64,000 nucleotides of DNA from Bacteroidales bacterium (GTDB taxonomy: Bacteria; Bacteroidota; Bacteroidia; Bacteroidales; WCHB1-69): contig JAFPVR010000107.1 in NCBI GenBank assembly GCA_017395245.1, forward strand, positions 9,575 through 73,574, read 5' to 3'. Below are positions 55,519 through 61,415 of this stretch, one piece after another. The notes beneath the pieces were generated by a model. The model was not told the DNA's origin, did not search any database, and saw nothing but the letters and a program-made list of their open reading frames with translations. The position numbers and the translations under genes were made by a program. The stretch's first letter is position 1. Each line of letters begins with the position of its first letter.

Positions 55519-56451
55519 TTATGTCAGTTTGGAAAGCTTTGGCGAGAGGAGTGTCTTCCAGAACCGGTTTTTGAAGCGCCGGACGAAGGCATAGGAGTAT
55601 CGTTGGCCGCCGAAGCCCTGATAGAAATCCGCCATATTGGGATTGTTGGTGTAACATTCTATGATACAGCCGGTTTCCGCATGGTCGTGGATGTAAGCGT
55701 CCATTAGGGTGTACATGGGTTTGCAGGCCGACAGCCGGTTGTCGCGACCGGAAAACAACAGACTGCGGCAGTTGAAATCGTGCGGGAACAAGGCGCCGGC
55801 TGCCAGTTCGTTGTCCGGTGTGCGGACTCCGTAAATATCTAACATTCCGTCATTAAACAGCTTTTCGGAGATGCGTTCCAGTATCGCATAATCCCGAGGG
55901 TGATACTGGACATTCTGTTCTTTCCCTCGGTTCAGGCGGAACAAATCGATGACATCCGTGATGGATTCCTTCTGGACGGTGACGCGGCACTGTTTGTTCT
56001 GTGCCGCCTTGAGGTTTTTGCGTGCGTTCTTGGAATAGGCCGCCTGAAGCGTATCGAAGGAGGGCTGCAGCGACAACGCGTACGAATAAAACGCCTCTGC
56101 GTCCGTTTGGGGTGTCGAGTTCACGTTCATCAGCACATCGGCCAAAACGTAACGCCGAGACATCTCTTTCAAAAAAGATTCGACCTCATCCGGCGTCAGC
56201 GTTCGTGCAGAAAAGATGCCCATTAGGCGCAAAAAGAAGGGTGTGTAAACATATTTTAACACTCCTTTTTGGCGAGTTGGAAGGGGCATTATGGCATCGT
56301 AATCGTCCTCGACCAGCGCGTGCCAAGTGTCGTCGCCGGTGAGCAGATCCAGCATTGCATATTCCACAAAGATAGTGGGGGTCAGACTGTTGCGAACGGT
56401 CTGATCCCATTTTGCAGGGTCGATTTCGGAATGTTTCAGGAAACGGATCAT
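55519..56451 (-). CDS. Uncharacterised protein, GNAT/FemAB-like acyltransferase fold suspected
   Basis: MIRFLKHSEIDPAKWDQTV...ALVEDDYDAIMPLPTRQKGVLKYVYTPFF... is recalled as a conserved Bacteroidota family. The real start is the ATG at 56451, which overlaps the gpsA stop (TGATG). The rest of the 612-aa track ORF is an antisense artefact. Confidence 0.55.
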   Translation of the reverse strand: MIRFLKHSEIDPAKWDQTVRNSLTPTIFVEYAMLDLLTGDDTWHALVEDDYDAIMPLPTRQKGVLKYVYTPFFLRLMGIFSARTLTPDEVESFLKEMSRRYVLADVLMNVNSTPQTDAEAFYSYALSLQPSFDTLQAAYSKNARKNLKAAQNKQCRVTVQKESITDVIDLFRLNRGKEQNVQYHPRDYAILERISEKLFNDGMLDIYGVRTPDNELAAGALFPHDFNCRSLLFSGRDNRLSACKPMYTLMDAYIHDHAETGCIIECYTNNPNMADFYQGFGGQRYSYAFVRRFKNRFWKTLLSPKLSKLT

Positions 56452-57500
56452 CACACAAAATGTTCGGCGATGCGCTTCATCTCGGATGAGACGTTGTTGT
56501 TTTCGTACAAAATGCCGTAGATAGTCTCGACGATGGGAATGTCGGCGCCGATTTTCTTGTTGATTTCGTGCACGCAGCGGCAGGCGGTGTATCCTTCGGA
56601 CACCATGCGCAGCTCCAAGAGGGAGACGCGCACCGAAAGTCCGTGGCCGATCATAATGCCGAACAGGCGGTTGCGGCTGAAGGTGGAATAGGCGGTGACG
56701 AGAAGGTCGCCCAAATAGACCGAATCGGAGATATGGCGGTTTTCGTTTGGGTAAACCTCTGATACAAAGTATTTCATCTCCTTGACGCAGTTGGCCACAT
56801 AGGCGGCGATGAAATTGTCGCCGTAGCCGAGTCCGCTGTAGATGCCGGCACCAAGGGCGTAGATGTTTTTGAGTACGATGGCCAATTCCGCGCCCATCAC
56901 ATCGTTGGAAACGGAGGTGCGGCAGTAGCGGGTGGTGAAGAATTTCGCTACCGTCTCGGCCAGTTCCGTGTTGGTGGAGGCGGCGGTCAGGAAGGTGAAT
57001 TTCTCCTGCGCAATCTCTTCGGCATGCGACGGGCCACTGATGATACAGAGCTGATCCAGAGGCACTTTGAACTGTGACTGCATGTAGTCGCTGATGAGTT
57101 GCATGGTTTCGGGCACGATGCCCTTCACCGCAAGGATGATTTTCTTCTTCGACAGTTGCGACCGTTTGAGCGGCTCCAATGTCTTGTGCAGATAGGCCGA
57201 AGGCGTGACGATGATGACATAGTCGGCGCGCGCCACCGTGTTCTTGATATCGGTGCTCACCTTCACGTCTTCCGGATTGATGAAGACGGAGCTGAGATAT
57301 TTTGGGTTGTGCCCGTATTTCATGATGCTTTCCGCCACCTCTTCCTGCCTTACCCACCAGTGGATGTGCTCCAAGTTTACCGAGATGATCTTCACAATCG
57401 CCGTCGCCCAGCTGCCGCTGCCGATCACCGCTACGCGGTATCGGGCGCGGCTTTTCCGGCTGCGCGGGAGGATTGTGGAAGACAGATGTTCGTTCGTCAT
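56451..57500 (-). CDS. gpsA: NAD(P)H-dependent glycerol-3-phosphate dehydrogenase
   Basis: ...VAVIGSGSWATAI...GPSHAEEIA...LKNIYALGAG... Confidence 0.9.
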   Translation of the reverse strand: MTNEHLSSTILPRSRKSRARYRVAVIGSGSWATAIVKIISVNLEHIHWWVRQEEVAESIMKYGHNPKYLSSVFINPEDVKVSTDIKNTVARADYVIIVTPSAYLHKTLEPLKRSQLSKKKIILAVKGIVPETMQLISDYMQSQFKVPLDQLCIISGPSHAEEIAQEKFTFLTAASTNTELAETVAKFFTTRYCRTSVSNDVMGAELAIVLKNIYALGAGIYSGLGYGDNFIAAYVANCVKEMKYFVSEVYPNENRHISDSVYLGDLLVTAYSTFSRNRLFGIMIGHGLSVRVSLLELRMVSEGYTACRCVHEINKKIGADIPIVETIYGILYENNNVSSEMKRIAEHFV

Positions 57501-57520
57501 TTTAACATTTTTTAAGCGTG

Positions 57521-57528
57521 CAAAGATA
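57521..57528 (-). promoter_or_regulatory. -7 box TATCTTTG
   Basis: It lies 21 nt upstream of the gpsA ATG. Confidence 0.55.
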
Positions 57529-57541
57529 CACTATTTTTTGG

Positions 57542-57549
57542 TACTTTTG
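57542..57549 (+). promoter_or_regulatory. -7 box TACTTTTG (possible promoter of the 57703 gene)
   Basis: It is the only consensus box on the + strand in this divergent spacer. If used, it implies a ~150-nt leader that contains the heptamer array. Confidence 0.35.
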
Positions 57550-57593
57550 CTGTTTAATTTCGTTTGTTCTTCTACTTATTGATAATGAAGAGG

Positions 57594-57677
57594 TTAGACT
57601 TAAGACTTAAGACGTTAGACTTGAGACGTTAGACTTTGGACCTGAAACCTGAAACCTGAATCTTGAAACTTGAATCT
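57594..57677. repeat. Heptamer array of 12 phased units that drift in sequence
   Basis: TTAGACT TAAGACT TAAGACG TTAGACT TGAGACG TTAGACT TTGGACC TGAAACC TGAAACC TGAATCT TGAAACT TGAATCT. Confidence 0.9.
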
Positions 57678-57702
57678 TCGGAATATATAAACCCCAAGCA
57701 AT

Positions 57703-59016
57703 ATGAAAAATATACGACTTTTATGGCTATTTCTCCTGGCATTTGCGTTTGCGGGTGTTCATGCGCAGGTGGTGCTGGATTTTGACGAGACCTATGCGCA
57801 GGAACTGCTGAAACCAGGTACCCCCGCACCGGATTTCCAGTTGCAGACACCCGATGGCAAAACGTTGAAATTCAGCGAGTTTTCCAAAGGAAAATACGCC
57901 GTCATCGACTTTTGGGCTTCCTGGTGCCCCGACTGCCGCAAAGACCTCCCCGAAATCATCCGCCTCTACAACAAGTTCCACGAAAAAGGCGTAGAGTTCC
58001 TCGGGGTCTCTTTCGACACGGACAAGGAGAAATGGACGGATTTCATCGCCAAATCGGGTGTTCCCTACCCGCAGGTAAGCGAGCTGAAGCGGATGAACCA
58101 GTCGGAGGTGGCCAAAGCCTACGGTGTGCGTTGGATTCCCTCTATTTATCTTGTTGGACCCGACGGCAAAGTGCTGGTTAGCACGGTGTTGTCGTATAAG
58201 ATTGAGAAAAAGCTGTACGATATTTTCATAGAGCCAACCCCTGTTACGCTTTCCGGAGGTTGTGACACGATCACCATCGACGGGAGCAAGGGAAAATTGT
58301 GGGCTGAGCTCTACAAGCCGCAATTGAATCCTGGTCAGCGTTGCGATTTGGTGATTATGTGCCACGGCTTGAATTGCGACCACGATTTCGAATTAATGCA
58401 GCGAATTGCCATTCAGTTAAGGTCGGCAGGTTTCGCTACGCTGATGTTCGACTTTAATGGACACGGCAAGAGTGATGGCAAGTTTGTGGATATGACGATT
58501 CCGAACGAAATCGAAGATTTGGAACAGGTGCTGGCGTATGCACAAGACTTACGGTTTGTGGATGATATCGCTTTAGTGGGTCACTCGCAGGGTGCCATTG
58601 TGGCGGCGATGGTCGCGAGCAAGCATCCCGAGGACATCAAGGCGGTGACGCTCTTGGCTCCGTCCTCTTCGGTGCGCGATGATATTGCCCGAGGCAACCT
58701 CTTCGGCATTGAGTTCAACCCCCTTGATCCGCCTGACAGCCTCGTGCTGGCCAACGGCATCGCTCTTGGTCGCCGCTATCTGAAAACCGCGCTATACCTT
58801 CCCATCTTCGAGGCGGCAGCCAGCTATCATGGCAGTGCCTGCATCATCCACGGCAACGGCGACCGCCTTGTGCCCTTCACCTGCGGCGAGCGTTTCCACC
58901 AGCTTTGGAACGGAAGCGAGTACTACGAACTCGAATATTACGACCACAACTTCACCAACTGTATCTACCGGCCGGTGGAGATCACGACGGAGTATCTGAA
59001 ACAGGTGATGAAGTAG
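57703..59016 (+). CDS. Secreted fusion protein: TlpA-like thioredoxin domain plus alpha/beta hydrolase domain
   Basis: Signal peptide; WASWCPDCRKDLPE (CxxC) ...GVRWIPSIYLVGPDGKV; the C-terminal half has VIMCHGLNC...FDFNGHGKSDG...LVGHSQGA (a GxSxG nucleophile elbow). Confidence 0.7.
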   Translation: MKNIRLLWLFLLAFAFAGVHAQVVLDFDETYAQELLKPGTPAPDFQLQTPDGKTLKFSEFSKGKYAVIDFWASWCPDCRKDLPEIIRLYNKFHEKGVEFLGVSFDTDKEKWTDFIAKSGVPYPQVSELKRMNQSEVAKAYGVRWIPSIYLVGPDGKVLVSTVLSYKIEKKLYDIFIEPTPVTLSGGCDTITIDGSKGKLWAELYKPQLNPGQRCDLVIMCHGLNCDHDFELMQRIAIQLRSAGFATLMFDFNGHGKSDGKFVDMTIPNEIEDLEQVLAYAQDLRFVDDIALVGHSQGAIVAAMVASKHPEDIKAVTLLAPSSSVRDDIARGNLFGIEFNPLDPPDSLVLANGIALGRRYLKTALYLPIFEAAASYHGSACIIHGNGDRLVPFTCGERFHQLWNGSEYYELEYYDHNFTNCIYRPVEITTEYLKQVMK

Positions 59017-59020
59017 TAAC

Positions 59021-59055
59021 TTTAAGTCTCAAGTCTCAAGTCTTAAGTCTCAATC
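59021..59055. repeat. Heptamer array TTTAAGT/CTCAAGT x2/CTTAAGT/CTCAATC
   Basis: Five phased units starting 5 nt after the stop codon. Confidence 0.85.
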
Positions 59056-59059
59056 AGAA

Positions 59060-59101
59060 ACAACAAACGGACGACCCCTTTCGGAATCGTCCGTTTGTTG
59101 T
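59060..59101. terminator. Long hairpin between convergent genes (bidirectional terminator candidate)
   Basis: ACAACAAACGGACGA-cccctttcggaa-TCGTCCGTTTGTTGT, a 15-bp stem. Confidence 0.55.
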
Positions 59102-59121
59102 ATATGCTATAAATGCTTATT

Positions 59122-60318
59122 TTACAGCAGATTGTACGTGTCGGTAGCGATCACCAGCTCCTCGTTGGTGGTCACGACCACGAGCTTCGTGGTGGAGTCG
59201 GGGGTGGAGATGATGCCGTCCTCGCCGCAGTATTTCTCGTTGGCTTCGTGGTCCATCTTCGCGCCGAGCCATTCCAGGTTCTCGCAAATCTTCTCGCGTT
59301 GGAACCAGGCGTTCTCGCCGATGCCGCCCGTAAAGAGAATCACGTCCACACCGCCCATAGCCGCTGCGTACGCGCCGATGTACTTGCGCACACGGTAGGC
59401 GAACATGTTGAAGGCGTCGGTGCTGCGCTCGTCGCCAGCGTCGCGGCCGGCGCGGATGTCGCGCATATCGACGCTCTTGCCGGAGATGCCCAGCAGACCG
59501 CTCTTCTTGTTGATGAGGGTGTTCATCGCTTTGGTGTCAAGGTTTTCCATGTCCATGATGTAGAGCAGTGCGCCGGCGTCGAGGTCGCCCACGCGGGTGC
59601 CCATCACGAGGCCTTCCACAGGGGTGAAGCCCATGGAGGTGTCGATGCTCTTGCCGTTCTTGATGGCGCAGATAGAGGCACCGTTGCCGAGGTGGCAGCT
59701 CACGATTTTCGCGCTCTCGTAAGGGATGCCGGCAATTTCAGCGGCCTTCGGACCCACGTATTTGTGGCTCGTGCCGTGGAAACCGTAGCGACGGATTTTC
59801 TTCTCGGTGTAATACTCGTACGGAAGAGCATAGAGGAACGCCTCCGACGGCATGGTCTGGTGGAAGGAGGTGTCGAACACGCCGACGTGCTTCACGTTCG
59901 GAAGCAGTTTCTTCATCGCGTCGATGCCGGTGAGGCTGGCGGGGTTGTGCAGGGGAGCCAGGGCACAGAGCTTCGCGATTTCCTCGCGCTCTTTGTCGCC
60001 GATGACACAGCTCTCTTTGAAGTATTCGCCGCCGTGTGCCACACGGTGACCCACCGCGCCAATCTCGTCCAACGACTTGATAACGCCATGCTCGGGATCG
60101 GTCAACATGTTCAGTACCAGCTTGATACCTTCCTCATGTGTGGGAATGGGGGTCTGCACGTAGCATTTCTCCTTGCCGACGGGCTTATGGGTGAACTCAC
60201 CCATCTCCAAGCCGACACGCTCAACCAAACCTTTAGCCAAAAGTTCGGGTTGCGGCTCCATCTCCAACAATTGGTATTTGATGGAGGAACTTCCGCAGTT
60301 AAGGACTAATATTTTCAT
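59122..60318 (-). CDS. ackA: Acetate kinase
   Basis: MKILVLNCGSSSIKYQL..., 398 aa. Confidence 0.95.
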   Translation of the reverse strand: MKILVLNCGSSSIKYQLLEMEPQPELLAKGLVERVGLEMGEFTHKPVGKEKCYVQTPIPTHEEGIKLVLNMLTDPEHGVIKSLDEIGAVGHRVAHGGEYFKESCVIGDKEREEIAKLCALAPLHNPASLTGIDAMKKLLPNVKHVGVFDTSFHQTMPSEAFLYALPYEYYTEKKIRRYGFHGTSHKYVGPKAAEIAGIPYESAKIVSCHLGNGASICAIKNGKSIDTSMGFTPVEGLVMGTRVGDLDAGALLYIMDMENLDTKAMNTLINKKSGLLGISGKSVDMRDIRAGRDAGDERSTDAFNMFAYRVRKYIGAYAAAMGGVDVILFTGGIGENAWFQREKICENLEWLGAKMDHEANEKYCGEDGIISTPDSTTKLVVVTTNEELVIATDTYNLL

Positions 60319-60357
60319 ATTCTTTGTTTTTTGTGACTTTATATGTTTATTGTAGGG

Positions 60358-60521
60358 GTGATCTGTGATTAGTGATTGGTGATTAGTGATTGGTGATTAG
60401 TGATTGGTGATTAGTGATTGGTGATTAGTGATTGGTGATTAGTGATTGGTGATTAGTGATTGGTGATTAATATCATAATTGTTCATTATAAATTGCCCAT
60501 TGTTAATTGTACATTGTACAT
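60358..60521. repeat. Heptamer array of about 23 units: GTGATTA/GTGATTG alternation, then a degenerate phased tail
   Basis: GTGATCT, then (GTGATTA GTGATTG) x7, then GTGATTA ATATCAT AATTGTT CATTATA AATTGCC CATTGTT AATTGTA CATTGTA. On the minus (sense) strand it reads as the CACCAAT/CACTAAT family, the same as 8429-8638. Confidence 0.9.
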
Positions 60522-60526
60522 AGAAA

Positions 60527-61285
60527 TCATTCTTCCCCGCGGAGGATGTCGGCGATGTGGATAATGCCCACATCAACGTCGTGCTGCTGTTTGTAGGCGT
60601 CTAAAAGTTGGAGGCAGTGGATGTCGGTGGAGGTGATAAACTCGGCTCCCTGGTTGTAGGCGCGAAGCACGATTTCGCCGGTCATCTTCTCGGCAGCCTC
60701 GGGGTTCAGCATCGGGAATCGGCCGTTGGCGCCGCAACAACAGTTTTTTACTTCGGTGTCCTCAATCAGGTCGAGACCGACAGTGTTCCGAAGCAAGGTC
60801 TCCGGGGCGTTGTTGGCTGGATAAAGATGTTTGGCCGAGCAGGATTTGAAGTAGAATACGCGATGACGAAATTCGTTGCCCAACCGATCCACTTTCAACA
60901 CATTGACAATGTAATCACACAGCTCATACACATTTTTGATGAAGGTGTTGAGCTCGTTAGGAAGCGTGGCGTTCTTGAGGATAAGATCGAAATGGCGGTG
61001 CATGAAGCCTGCGCAGGCGGCATCGGGAACAACCACTGGGAACTTTTTGCCGTGCAATTCGCAATATTCCGTGTAGGAGCGGATGACCTGATAACCCAAG
61101 TCCTTGGCGTACTGCATTTCGCCCTCCATGAAGAAGCGGCGGCCGCAGCAGGTGCTTTCCATGTCGTAATGGCAGAACTGTTCCAGACGGTTGAGCACCG
61201 TAATCACGCTCGTCACTGTCTCCGCCTGGAAGAGGTCCATCTGGCAGGGAACGTATAAGAATACCGTCTGTTGCGAATCCGACAT
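60527..61285 (-). CDS. (Fe-S)-binding protein with cysteine-rich CCG domains, LutA/GlcF-like
   Basis: MSDSQQTVFLYVPCQMDLF...STCCG...; second half ...FKSCSAKHLY...NCCCGANG. Confidence 0.7.
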   Translation of the reverse strand: MSDSQQTVFLYVPCQMDLFQAETVTSVITVLNRLEQFCHYDMESTCCGRRFFMEGEMQYAKDLGYQVIRSYTEYCELHGKKFPVVVPDAACAGFMHRHFDLILKNATLPNELNTFIKNVYELCDYIVNVLKVDRLGNEFRHRVFYFKSCSAKHLYPANNAPETLLRNTVGLDLIEDTEVKNCCCGANGRFPMLNPEAAEKMTGEIVLRAYNQGAEFITSTDIHCLQLLDAYKQQHDVDVGIIHIADILRGEE

Positions 61286-61306
61286 TTTCGTTGTTTTTGT
61301 TTATGA

Positions 61307-61364
61307 CCCCCACACTGCGCTACGCTTGTGTTGGGTTATTAAAATCTTGCCTCTTCGAGGCTGC
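61307..61364 (-). repeat. GNA-triloop double-hairpin element, copy 4 (subfamily B)
   Basis: Sense strand: GCCTC-GAA-GAGGC, 13-nt spacer, CCCAACAC-aaGCGTAGCgca-GTGTGGGGG. It ends 21 nt upstream of the lutA-like ATG. Confidence 0.8.
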
Positions 61365-61383
61365 TTAATGAAATATTTTTAAT

Positions 61384-61411
61384 GTAGAGACGTGCCATGG
61401 CGCGTCTCTAC
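61384..61411. repeat. GTAGAGACGC palindrome family, copy 5
   Basis: GTAGAGACGTGCCATGGCGCGTCTCTAC, 4 nt after the nrdJ stop. Confidence 0.8.
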
Positions 61412-61415
61412 TGGG

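Noticed and set aside
56452-57357. N-terminal 300 aa of the 612-aa minus-strand ORF
   Set aside because: It lies in an alternative frame across gpsA, with a sequence (MGKAGRGGGKHHEIRAQP...) that is Arg/Gly/His-rich and non-protein-like. The real gene starts at the ATG at 56451.
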